From: Candidatus Eiseniibacteriota bacterium
GTDB taxonomy: Bacteria; Eisenbacteria; RBG-16-71-46
Length of the DNA stretch: 64,000 bases
NCBI GenBank assembly: GCA_963776245.1
Contig: CAVZLN010000009.1
Location: forward strand, 224,426 to 288,425
Reading direction: 5' to 3'
A program made the translations under genes and the position numbers. The number at the start of each line of letters is the position of its first letter. The stretch's first letter is position 1. This document shows positions 1 through 11,200 of this stretch, piece by piece. The notes under the pieces are model-generated. The model had not been told where the DNA came from. It did not search any database and was given only the letters and a program-made list of their open reading frames with translations.

Positions 1-118
1 TGAGCGTGTCGCCCACCGTGTAGGCGTGAGAGACCGATGGGGCGAGCGCGGCGGTCCCTGCGATCAGGCCCGCGGCCAGGGCAGCGGCGGCGTATCGGGC
101 ACGGTGCTTCGGGGGCAT
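1..118 (-). CDS. Secreted protein, N-terminal fragment (runs off window)
   Basis: ATG at 118 with GGAG upstream; MPPKHRARYAAAALAAGLIAGTAALAPSVSHA-YTVGDTL is a typical signal peptide. Confidence 0.55.
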   Translation of the reverse strand, partial: MPPKHRARYAAAALAAGLIAGTAALAPSVSHAYTVGDTL

Positions 119-260
119 GCGATCTCCGTGGGGACCGCCGTGGGTGACACGAGCATCGCCCCCGAGCGACGCGACTGTCAATGCCCGGGAAGCGAGCGCC
201 GCACACCGGGGTCATACGGCCGCGGGCGCCACCGCGCGCACCGGGTACCGCCCTCCGACC

Positions 261-605
261 TCACCCTGCGCGGATGAAGTGCGGCACCTCGGCCGGGATC
301 TCGAACGTGAGTTCGACGAAGCCCGCGTAGGCCCCGTCGCGGAACCACGGGGACTGGAAGATCATCTTCCTCACCCCCTGCTTCTCGATGGTGTAGACGT
401 TGGTCCGCCCACTCGCGAGCATGCCCTCGAGCTGGGTGCGGGACGGTTCGGGGTGGCAGCCGAGCACGTTCGTGCCGATCAGCGCACGACCTCCGTCGGC
501 GGCGAACACGGCCGCCGAGCGGTCGTTCATCTCCAGGATGGTCCCCGCGCGATCGCAGACCGTGATGGCGCCGGGGAACTCCCGTACCCACGCGTGTTCG
601 GACAT
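261..605 (-). CDS. Stand-alone PAS-domain protein (114 aa)
   Basis: MSEHAWVREFPGAITVCDRAGTILEMN...LIGTNVLGCHP; GAGGGGAG SD; PAS-like pattern. Confidence 0.8.
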   Translation of the reverse strand: MSEHAWVREFPGAITVCDRAGTILEMNDRSAAVFAADGGRALIGTNVLGCHPEPSRTQLEGMLASGRTNVYTIEKQGVRKMIFQSPWFRDGAYAGFVELTFEIPAEVPHFIRAG

Positions 606-646
606 CTCGCTCCCCTCTCGCCGCGATCGGATGCCTCGGGCGCGCA

Positions 647-2341
647 TCAGCGCATGATCAGGATCTTCCCGGAGTGCGCCTCGTCCCCCGCCCGCAGGCG
701 CACGAAATAGATGCCGCTCGGGCACGCGCGGCCCGCGGAGTCCTGCCGGTCCCACGCCGCGCGGTATTCGCCGGCGCCCAGATGGCCCGACAGCAGCTCG
801 CGCACCACTCGCCCATGGGCGTCGTACACGACCAGCGCGACGTCGGCGTCGCGGCTCAGCGAGAAGCGCACGGACTGGACCGGCGAGGCGGCATCCGCCG
901 CGAGCGGGCCGAGCCTCGCCAGCGCGGCCGGGCGCGCCTGCGCTCCGGGCATCCCGGTTCCGTCGTCCGCGGCGCGATCGCCCTCGGGGATGTGACGGGG
1001 ACCACCGATCGGCCCCACCCCGGGCAGGCCCCCGCCGTGCGGCCCGACCGGCGTCCCCTCCGCGAGCACGAGGCTGTCCACGGTGGTCCACTGGTAACGC
1101 ATGGACGCCGTCCGGTTCTCGGCGAGGATGGCCGCGAAGTCCTGCCCGCCGGCCGGGTCCGGTCCGCTCCACGTCGAGAGCTCGGCCATCAGCGTGCCGA
1201 GCGTCTTGCCAACCAGCGGACCGCGCGGCGGGATGTACCGCGCCACCCATCCCGCGTAGCGGGAATTGCAGATGCTCGCGAGCGACCAGAACACCACGCT
1301 CGCCCGGATCACCGAGGTGTCGGCGCTGGCCCACGGATAGATCGGGTCCTTGACCGGAGGCAGGTAGCCCCACTTGTCGGCCACCGTCCCGCCGACCTCG
1401 AGCGAATCGAGGAACCGCATCACGTCGTAGTACCGGGCATCATGGAAGTGATCGAAGACCATCGCGTTGTAACCCAGCTCGTTGATCCAGCCCCGGGTGT
1501 CGTAGTCCTGGGGGCATCCGGTGCGACGACTGTCGTAGTAGATCCAGCAACCGGGCACCCCCGGGCAGGGAGCCTCGTAGGCCGTCCTCCCGTCGGGACC
1601 CACCTGCTGCCTGAGGAACCCGTCGATCCGGCCCAGCACCTGCTCGATCGCCGGGTAGTCGACGTAGCGCTGGACGTGGATGAGCTCCATCCCCATCCAC
1701 GCCGTGTAGTGGAGGTCGGCGGACTGATTGCAGTAGTGGGCGAAGATGCCATTCGGGAACTGGTCGGCGACCACCGAGTCGAGGATCTCGCGCGTCTTCT
1801 TGAGGGCCGCGGGATCGCCCGTCAGGTTGTAGTACCTGGCCAGCGCCATCGCGGACATCAGGCCCCAATTGAGTCGGTTCTGACTCCCGCTGAGCCTCAT
1901 GCACACGTCCACGATGGGAAGCGCCGCGCGCAGGTACAGCGTGTCGCCGGTGAGACCGTAGGCCCCCAGCAGCGCGTAGCCCAGCATGCCGTCGAACGCC
2001 GTCCCCGACGTGATCTCGCGGAAATGGCTCACCAGATAGGTGGCCCGATCGGACACGTCCTGGCGGTAGACATAGCCCTGGAGCGTCGCGCACAGGTCGT
2101 TGTAGGCGAGCAGCTGGGACACCACGGACAGGCGGATGACCTCGGACGGATTGATGGGATACCGCGAGTCGAGCGTCGCCCCGTAGGTCTCGTGGTGGGC
2201 GAGGTAGTTGCCGATGCGGAGCGTGACCGGGAGCAGGGGGTCGGGCGTGCTCGCCGCCGCGCGGCCGGCCAGGGCGAGGGCCGCGCAGCAGCCAAGGGCC
2301 AGCAGTCCACGGTGGAGACAGGATGCGCCTGACGACCTCAA
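647..2341 (-). CDS. Secreted protein: helical (alpha/alpha toroid-like) domain, Gly/Pro linker, C-terminal FlgD-Ig/T9SS-like domain; start uncertain (TTG 2341 chosen)
   Basis: Signal peptide LLALGCCAALALAGRAAA; C-terminus VYDAHGRVVRELL...WDRQDSAGRACPSGIYFVRL. Confidence 0.7.
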   Translation of the reverse strand: MRSSGASCLHRGLLALGCCAALALAGRAAASTPDPLLPVTLRIGNYLAHHETYGATLDSRYPINPSEVIRLSVVSQLLAYNDLCATLQGYVYRQDVSDRATYLVSHFREITSGTAFDGMLGYALLGAYGLTGDTLYLRAALPIVDVCMRLSGSQNRLNWGLMSAMALARYYNLTGDPAALKKTREILDSVVADQFPNGIFAHYCNQSADLHYTAWMGMELIHVQRYVDYPAIEQVLGRIDGFLRQQVGPDGRTAYEAPCPGVPGCWIYYDSRRTGCPQDYDTRGWINELGYNAMVFDHFHDARYYDVMRFLDSLEVGGTVADKWGYLPPVKDPIYPWASADTSVIRASVVFWSLASICNSRYAGWVARYIPPRGPLVGKTLGTLMAELSTWSGPDPAGGQDFAAILAENRTASMRYQWTTVDSLVLAEGTPVGPHGGGLPGVGPIGGPRHIPEGDRAADDGTGMPGAQARPAALARLGPLAADAASPVQSVRFSLSRDADVALVVYDAHGRVVRELLSGHLGAGEYRAAWDRQDSAGRACPSGIYFVRLRAGDEAHSGKILIMR

Positions 2342-2682
2342 GAGGGGCCTCGCGACCGAGAGTGGGCGGATCCTGACACCGGGGGCCCCTCTATCACACC
2401 GCGGGAGGGCGGCGTTGGCAAGGGGTTTCCGGTTCCCGGATCGAGGTCGGTCCGCGCGGTCGCGTGCCCGCCGGATGCGGGGCGCGCGGCAGCGATCCAT
2501 CGCGGAGCGCAGCGGACCGGGGTTCGTGCCCGTTCGATCGAGGCTGGTCGCGGCATAATCGCGAGACCGCGGCCGGCGCTGGAGCATCCCAACCCGGGTG
2601 ACTCCGGCCCTTGCCGGCCGGGGCGACGCAGCGCCCACTCGGTTCGCCCACTCGCTCGCCCCCACCGGGACAGGAACCTGTC

Positions 2683-3213
2683 ATGAACCCTCGGCTACTG
2701 CTGGGAACGCTTTCGCTGTCCATCGTCGTCGCCGGGCTCGCCGGCGGCCCCGCGGCCGTCCGCGCCACCGAGATCTGGTCGGGGCGCACGTTCGCCTTCT
2801 CCAAGGCCGCTCGCGCCAACCCCACCCTCGCCGCCAACCAGGACCGCATCACGCCCTACGTCTGGATCACGCGCGGCAGCACCATGGGGCTCTACAACGC
2901 CTACACCGAGGGGTTCTACACCGGGTTCGTGAGCCCGGACGGCACGGAGTGGGCGACCGGCGACGCGGTGAACTATGGCAGCCTGTTGTTCCAGCCCTGG
3001 GAGAACTGGGTGGCCAGCGACCCCCCCGCAAGCGTGGGCGTGAATGCCGTCGTCCATCTGATCGTGGAAGACATCTACGTCGACATCGTCTTCGACAGCT
3101 GGGCCAGCGGTATCACCGGAGGGGGCGCGTTCTCCTACCACCGCGCGGTGAAGTCGATCACGACCCCGGCAGCGAGCTCCACCTGGGGCAGGATCAAGAC
3201 GCTGTATCGATGA
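2683..3213 (+). CDS. Secreted protein with C-terminal TWGRIKTLYR tag
   Basis: Signal peptide MNPRLLLGTLSLSIVVAGLAGGPAAVRA; ends TPAASSTWGRIKTLYR*. Confidence 0.8.
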   Translation: MNPRLLLGTLSLSIVVAGLAGGPAAVRATEIWSGRTFAFSKAARANPTLAANQDRITPYVWITRGSTMGLYNAYTEGFYTGFVSPDGTEWATGDAVNYGSLLFQPWENWVASDPPASVGVNAVVHLIVEDIYVDIVFDSWASGITGGGAFSYHRAVKSITTPAASSTWGRIKTLYR

Positions 3214-3319
3214 TCGGAAGTGCTGGCTGACGCCGCGGGGGCGACCGCCGCGGCGTCCATGGCTCGCCGCGAGCCTGGATGCCCCCGGCAGTCGGTGGCC
3301 CCGTCCGTACAACCACCGA

Positions 3320-3349
3320 TTGCAGCCTCCACGCCGAGCCGGTTAGGTT
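3320..3349 (+). promoter_or_regulatory. Putative sigma70 promoter, leaderless-type
   Basis: TTGCAG-N18-TAGGTT, then 7 nt to ATG 3357; no SD. Confidence 0.5.
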
Positions 3350-3356
3350 GCGGATC

Positions 3357-3782
3357 ATGCATATCCCACCGTTCTCCATCTTCAGCGCGGTGAGCGAACT
3401 GTTCGTGACGGCAGGCGTGGTGTTCGTGGTGCGGCGCAACTGGACCCGGCGGCCGTTCCCGTTCGCGTTGTTCCTCGCGGTGTCGCTGTTCGAGGCGCTG
3501 GTCAACGTGATGTACATGGCCAATCGCAGCGCGGCCGCGTCGGCCCCCCATGCCGCCGAGGTCCTCTCGACCGGGATGAAGATCGCCTATGCCGCGCACG
3601 GGCTCCTGTCGCTGGGCGCCTACCTCGTATTCGTCGTGCTCGGCACACTCGCCTACCAGGAGCAGCGGGCCGGCCAGTGGTACCTCCGCGACCGCCCCGC
3701 GATCACCTGGGCCTTCCTCGCGCTGTGGACCATCAGCATCGGCTCCGGAGAGATCATCTTCGTGGTGCGCTACCTGGCGTGA
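3357..3782 (+). CDS. Small 4-TM membrane protein (DUF420-like, uncertain)
   Basis: Four hydrophobic segments; His in third helix (AYAAHGLLS). Confidence 0.65.
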   Translation: MHIPPFSIFSAVSELFVTAGVVFVVRRNWTRRPFPFALFLAVSLFEALVNVMYMANRSAAASAPHAAEVLSTGMKIAYAAHGLLSLGAYLVFVVLGTLAYQEQRAGQWYLRDRPAITWAFLALWTISIGSGEIIFVVRYLA

Positions 3783-4324
3783 GTGACGGGAGCTTCCGCC
3801 ACCGCTCCCCGGAGCGACCCCTGCCGGCACTCCCGACCCCTCCTCGCGGAAGCGCGCCGCCCACGCTCTCGCCCCGCCAGCGGCGCCTGCGCGCGCCGCT
3901 GCTCGTGCTGTTGTGGGGGCTACTGGGGCTCGAGGCGGTGGGAGGCCTGTGGATCTTCTTCATGCGACTGGCCTCCGGTCAGGCCCCGGGTGAGGCCCTG
4001 CATGTCGGCGCGGGCGCCGCTCTCACGCTGGTGTACGTCGCCTACCAGTGGCCTCACTGGACGCGCGTGGCCCCCTGGCGCAACCGACTCCACTACGCGC
4101 TGGGACTCATCGCCGCGCTCAGCATGCTGGCGGCGCTGGCGACCGGCTACGCGCTCGCGTGGCCCTGGTGGCAGGTGCGCATGACCGCGCACGACGCGGG
4201 GGCCGTGCCCTACCCCACCGCGATGCGCGCGGCCCACAACATCATGAGCATGCTGGTGCTCACGTTCGCGGGCGCGCACTTCGCGGCGGTGCGGCCGCGC
4301 GACCCGGCGGCGTCGCGGAGGTAG
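3779..4324 (+). CDS. Membrane protein with His-bearing helices (cytochrome b-like, uncertain)
   Basis: GTGA overlap with upstream stop; ~4 TM; ALHVGAG, AAHNIMS, GAHFAAV. Confidence 0.6.
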   Translation: MSDGSFRHRSPERPLPALPTPPRGSAPPTLSPRQRRLRAPLLVLLWGLLGLEAVGGLWIFFMRLASGQAPGEALHVGAGAALTLVYVAYQWPHWTRVAPWRNRLHYALGLIAALSMLAALATGYALAWPWWQVRMTAHDAGAVPYPTAMRAAHNIMSMLVLTFAGAHFAAVRPRDPAASRR

Positions 4325-4372
4325 CCCGGACGGCCGAGCCGACGCGGGTGTGCCCGACCCCGTCGAGCGGTG

Positions 4373-4460
4373 TGGTGCCGGGAGCAGGGCTCGAACCTGC
4401 ACGGGCTTGCGCCCAGGGGATTTTAAGTCCCCCGTGTCTGGCCAGTTCCACCACCCCGGC
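4373..4460 (-). tRNA. tRNA-Leu (anticodon UAA)
   Basis: GCCGGGGTGGTGGAACTGGCCAGACACGGGGGAC-TTAAAA-TCCCC, long variable arm, GGTTCGAG T-arm, encoded CCA. Confidence 0.97.
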
Positions 4461-4490
4461 ACCTTGTGGACCGAGGCCGCCTCGTCGCGG

Positions 4491-5758
4491 CTAGTGCCCC
4501 GCTCCCGCGGCGGCGGCTAACGCGTCGGTCACCTTCACCGTCGGGTAGCGGGTGAGGAACGACTGCACGGTCCAGCCGAACAGACCGAGGAAGCCCAGCG
4601 TCACGCCGACCTCGGGCAGACCGATCCACACGCTGTCGGGGTTCAGCGACGGCATCACCAGCACGTGGCGCTCGAGCCACATGCCGGCGAGCACGCACAG
4701 GCTGAACGCCGCGAGCAGCAGCGGGCTCTTCTTGGTGTGCTTGTTCAGCAGCCCGAGGAACGGGATCACGAACACCATCGTGAACACGGCGAACGACGAT
4801 CGCCCGCCACGGCTCCTCGAAGCGCACGAACACCCACCACGTCTCCTCGGGCATGTTCGCGTACCAGATCGGCAGGTACTGCGACCAGAACAGGTAGCCC
4901 CAGAAGATGCAGATCGCGAACAGGATCTTGCCGATGTCCCAGAAGTGCTTCGTCGGTGATGTAGGCCTCGAGGCGGTACTTGGCGCGCAACTGCGTGGCG
5001 AGGAACGCCGTCATCGCGATGCCGGTGATGAACGCGCCCACGAACACCCACCAGCCGAACAGGCCGCTCACCCAGTTCGGGCGTGAGCGCCATGATGAAG
5101 TCCCACGCCATCAGCGTGACCGAGACCGCGAACAGGACGGCGATCTGCGGCGCGCGCTTCGACAGCCGGTCGCGCTACCACGCCTTCTCGGCCTCGTCGC
5201 CGTGCCAGCTCGCGGTGAGCTTCTCGTACTCGGGCTTGAGCTCGGGCGCGACGTGGTGCTTGAGCAGGTGCGGGTCGGTGCGCAGCGAGGTGCGCACCAG
5301 GTCGCGCGCCAGCCACGTGAACAGGCCGAGCCCGATGAGCGTGCGGACGTAGAGGAACGGCACGTTGAGGAACGGCGCCATGCGCGGCTCGACGTGGCGG
5401 GTCCACGGCAGGTAGGTCCAGATGCCCGCGCCCAGCAGCACCACCATGGCGGCGAGGCCGAACGGCAGGTAGGCCGACAGCGACTCGGCGATGCGCATGA
5501 CCGGCCCGCGCCCAGCGGCCGTTGGCGAGCCGGATGGAGGCGGCGAGCACCGCTCCCCCCATCGCGATGCCGAGCCAGTAGAGCGTGTTGATGGCGAACG
5601 CGCCCCACGCCCGCTGCGGCTCGGTGAAGTAGAGGAACGCGAACGTCGCGACACCGATGACCATGCACGCCGATCCAGATCAGGCGCTTGCGCGCGTTGG
5701 GACGCACCGGCAGCTTGCCGGCGATGTCGCGCAGCACGGCGTCGGCCGACGCGATCAT
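4491..5758 (-). CDS. actF: Alternative complex III membrane subunit ActF (several indels)
   Basis: Fragments in shifting frames: AWGAFAINTLYWLGIAMGGAV, PFLNVPFLYVR, AWDFIMALTP, LFGWWVFVGAF, GMWLERHVLVMP; last gene of act operon. Confidence 0.85.
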
Positions 5759-6307
5759 CGCGGGCTCACCTGTCTGCATGTGGCGGATGTAGTTGATGAC
5801 GTCCCACGCCTCCGCGGAGCTGACGATCGCGCCGTGACTCGGCATGACCACGCCGCCGTGGCGGATGTACGAGTAGATGTAGCCGTCCTTGCGCGCCCGC
5901 GTGGGCGCCGCGAGCAGGTCGGGCGGCGGCATGAACTGCTGCGCCACGGTGCCGTTGCCGGCCATCTGAAGCCCGTGGCAGGGCGTGCAGATGCGCATGA
6001 ACTTGCGCTCGCCGCGCGCCACCGAGGAGTCGCGATCCGCCGGGGCGGTGGGGTTCACGAGCGTCGCCGCCAGCACCTCGCGGTCGGTGACCCACTCGCG
6101 GCCGGTCATCGGCACGCTGCGTTCGTCCGGCCCACGGTTGATGGTCTTCTGCGGCTTGATCGCGACCGTCCGCCGCATGTCACGGATCGGGTAGTAGCCC
6201 AGGTGGGTGACGGAGTTCCACGCGTCGAGCGCGCCCTGGCGCACCGTGCCCACCGACATCAGCGTGAGCAGCCCGACGGCGATCACGGCGATCGTGCCCC
6301 TAAGCAT
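5755..6307 (-). CDS. actE: ACIII monoheme cytochrome c ActE (1-nt indel near 3' end)
   Basis: One CTPCH; DGYIYSYIRHGGVVMPSHG; removing one base near 5773 gives ...HMQQVSPR* with ATGA overlap to actF. Confidence 0.85.
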
Positions 6308-6846
6308 GGAGCACCACCTCTTCGGCCCCGAGGCCCTTCAGGGTCGCGCTCACGCGCCCCGCCGCGTCGCCGGCGCACGGCACCCAGATGCCGATGCGGT
6401 CCTCGGGGAAGCGCGGATCGTACGGCGCCCGCGCCCGGGTCTGCGGCAGCCGGCCGAGCGCCAGCATGCCGAACAGGTTCGACAGCCCGCCCAGCAGGAT
6501 CATGGACTCGTAGGCGATCACCACGAAGGGCGGGATCGAGAACAGCTCCTTGCCGCCCATCACCAGCGGGTACGCCATCACCGAGTAGAAGCACAGCGCG
6601 AACCCGCCGGTGAGGCCCAGGATCCCGCCGCACAGCGTGATCCAGCGCACCATCGATGGCCCCTGCTCCAGGGCGCTGCTCGATCTCGTGGTGCGGCACC
6701 GGCGAGTACACGCTCAGGTCCCGGTGCCCGTCCTGGCGCAGCGTGCGCACCGCCTCGGCGGCGTCGTCGACGTAGTAGTACACCCCCATCACGCCCTGGT
6801 GGCGCAGGGCCGGGCCCTGCAGCAGCTTCTCGATGAACCCGGGCAT
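6300..6846 (-). CDS. actD: ACIII subunit ActD (DUF3341-like), frameshift near 6676
   Basis: VYSPVPHHEIEQ / ALEQGPSMVRWITLCGG...YPLVMGGKELFSIPPFVVIAYESMIL. Confidence 0.88.
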
Positions 6847-6847
6847 C

Positions 6848-8233
<1,386 letters not shown>

Positions 8234-8246
8234 GCGGTCGGCCTCA

Positions 8247-11200
8247 TCACACGTGCTCGCGGTGGATCTTCTTCAGGTACGTGACGCCCGGCTTGGTGTT
8301 CAGCTCCTCGAGCGGCCAGTAGCGCCGCTGCGGATCGTACGAGAGCCGGTGGACCTCGCTCGCCGGGTCGAGCAGGTCGCCGAACACGATGGCCTGGCTC
8401 GGGCACGACTGGGCGCAGGCGGTCTGGATGTCGCCGTCGCGCACCTTGCGCTTCTCGTCGCGGGCCAGGCCCTTGCCCTCGAGGATGCGCTGGACGCACA
8501 TGCTGCACTTCTCCATCACGCCCTTCGAGCGCACCGTCACGTCGGGATTGAGCTGCCAGTTGAGCGGCTCGGGGAACGCGAAGGTGGGCTTCTCGGGCGC
8601 GCCGTAGTCGAAGAAGTTGAAGGCGCGCACCTTGTACGGGCAGTTGTTGGAGCAGTACCGGGTGCCGACGCAGCGGTTGTACACCTGCGCGTTGAGGCCC
8701 TCGGGATTGTGGTAGGTCGCGTACACCGGGCACACGATCTCGCACGGCGCGTCGCTGCAGTGCTGGCACATCATGGGCACGAACCGGACGTCGTTGTGCT
8801 TGTCCATCGTGCCGATCTGCTGCTCGAAGCGGTCGATGCGGATCCACGACATCTCGCGGCCGCGCTCGACCATGGCGGGACCCACGGTCGGGATGTTGTT
8901 CTCGGCGTAGCACGCCACCACGCACGCGGCGCAGCCGTTGCACGCGTTGATGTCGATCGCCATCGCCCAGCGGTGCTCGGCGGTCTTGTAGGGCCCGACG
9001 TCCACCGGGTTCCGGCGCGGACCGCGCGCCAGGTTCTCGGACTCGAACGCGCTCACCGAGTGGGCCGGGGGCCGGTAGCCCTCGGGGTGCTCCATCGGCT
9101 CGGTGTGCTGGCCGGGCTTGCGCTGCGAGGGGTCGAAGGTGTGGCGCTCGCCCTTGCCATGCCCGCCGAGGTGGGCTTTGCTGGTCGCGGCGCCGTGCGA
9201 GGGCTCGGCGCTCTCCGCGCCGCTCACGTCCACCGCGCCCGCGGCCTGCCCGGTCAGCGCCGCGACCGGGATGACCTGCGCGAAGCCGCGGTCCCACTGG
9301 TCCATCGAGCGCTGGGTATAGACCAGCCTCGCGGCGGTGCTGCCCTTCGACACCCGGGCACGGGTGGACAGGTAGGCGACCGCGCCCGAGGCCGCGTCCT
9401 GCGCGGCCACCAGCAGACCCAGCGGGTTCACGCCGACGCCGGTGGCGTAGCGGGTGAACGCGGTGTGTCCCTGTCCGAGCGGGATGGCGACGACGTCCTT
9501 GCGCACGCCGCCGTAGGGGTACACCGGCAGCTCGACCGCCCCCGCCTCGGTCTCGACCTTGAGCGCGTCGCCCTTCTCGAGCCCGAGCGCCTTCGCGGTG
9601 TCGGGATGGATCTCGGCCCAGCTGCCCCACACCACCTTGGTGGTCGGATCGGGCAGCTCCTGGAGCCACGGCTTGCTCGCGCCCCGGCCGTCGTAGTGAT
9701 TGGGCGAGGCGTACAGCACCAGCGTGAGGTCGCCCGCGCCCTTGAAGGCCGGCGGCGCGAACGCCGGCACGCCCCCGGTCCACGACACCGTGACGGGTGC
9801 TGCCTCCTCCCACACGCCGCCCCGCTGGAGCGCGCCGTTCCAGAACGCGTCGAAGTCCTGGCCGGCGCCGAAGCGCGGCTGGAGCGCCTTCCAGCGCGCC
9901 TTGAGGTATTCGTCCCAGGTGCCGGGGAAGGCGCCGAAGCTCGCCGCGGCGGCCAGCGCGAGGAGCGCGTCGCCGACCGGCCGGGCGCGGAACTGCGGCA
10001 GCGGCTGCATCGCCGGCTGGGTCAGCGAGTGCACGCCCCGCGCGGTCTCGGCATCGCCGAGGGTCTCGAGGGCGTGGCACGCCGGCAGCACCAGGTCGCA
10101 GCGCTCGGCGGTCTCGTCGAGCACCTCGACGATGCCGATGCGGAAGGGCACCTTGTCGAGGGCATCGCTGAAGCCCGCCCACCCTGGCGCGCTGTAGACC
10201 GGATTGGTGCCCGCGACCACCAGCACGTCCACCTGGCCCTCGCTCATGCGCTTCACCAGGCCCTGGAAGTCGGCGAAGGTGCCGACCTCGTCGTAGTTCA
10301 CGGTGCGGTCGAAGCGCACCGTCTGGTTGACGTTCCCGGCGACCCAGTTGAGCAGGTTCACGGCCGCGATCAGCGCCACTGATTGCTCGCTCTGGGTGGC
10401 GATGCCGCCCGCCACGGCGAGCCCGGGCCTGGCCGCCGCGAACTGCACCGCCATCTCGGCGAGCTCGCCCGCCGGGATGTCGGAGGCCTGCTCGACCGCC
10501 TCCGGCGTCCACGGCGCGAGCGCCTCGCGCAGCCCGGGGACGCTGGCGCTCGCGAGCCCCTGCGTCACGATGAGGTTCGCCAGCCCGAGCGCCACCGCCA
10601 TCTCGGAGCCCGGGCGCGCCGGGAACCACTCGTCGGCGTTGGCGCCGGTGAGCGAGAGGCGCGGCTCGATGGCGATGAACCGGCCGTCGGGGCGCGCGCG
10701 CAGAGCGGCGAAATCGCGCGCGTGCGAGACCGGCGACACCCAGGTCTCGAGGAAGTCGGCCCCGAAGGAGATCACCAGGTTCGCCTTCGCGAAGTCGAGA
10801 TGGGGCACCGCCGCGGTGCCGAAGGTGCGGCGGTTGGCCTCGCGCAGGCTCTCGTGCGCGAACGCCTCGTGGACCAGGTGGGTGCCGTTCGCGCCGGCGG
10901 CCCATTCGCCCGCCAGTCGGTGGAGCGAACCGCTGTGGTGTCCGGTCAGGAGCGCCACCGCGTCCTTGCGGCTCCTGGCCGCGCCCAGCCGGGCCCCCGC
11001 CAGCGCCAGCGCCTCGTCCCAGGCGATCGCCTTCCAGACGCCGTCCTTCTTGACCATCGGCGAGACCAGCCGGTCGGGATGGTAGAGCGCCTGCAGCCCG
11101 GCGTGGCCGCGCGCGCACACCCCGCCCCGCCCGACCGGGTGCGCCGGATGGCCCTCGATCTTGATGGCGCGCCCGTCGCGCTGCTTCACCTGTATGCCGC

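Noticed and set aside
4373..4460. tRNA as an integration site of an island
   Set aside because: No integrase and no duplicated tRNA 3' end seen in the window
5111..6307. ActE-ActF fusion (398-aa ORF)
   Set aside because: A one-base correction restores a stop with ATGA overlap; lies in an indel-rich patch
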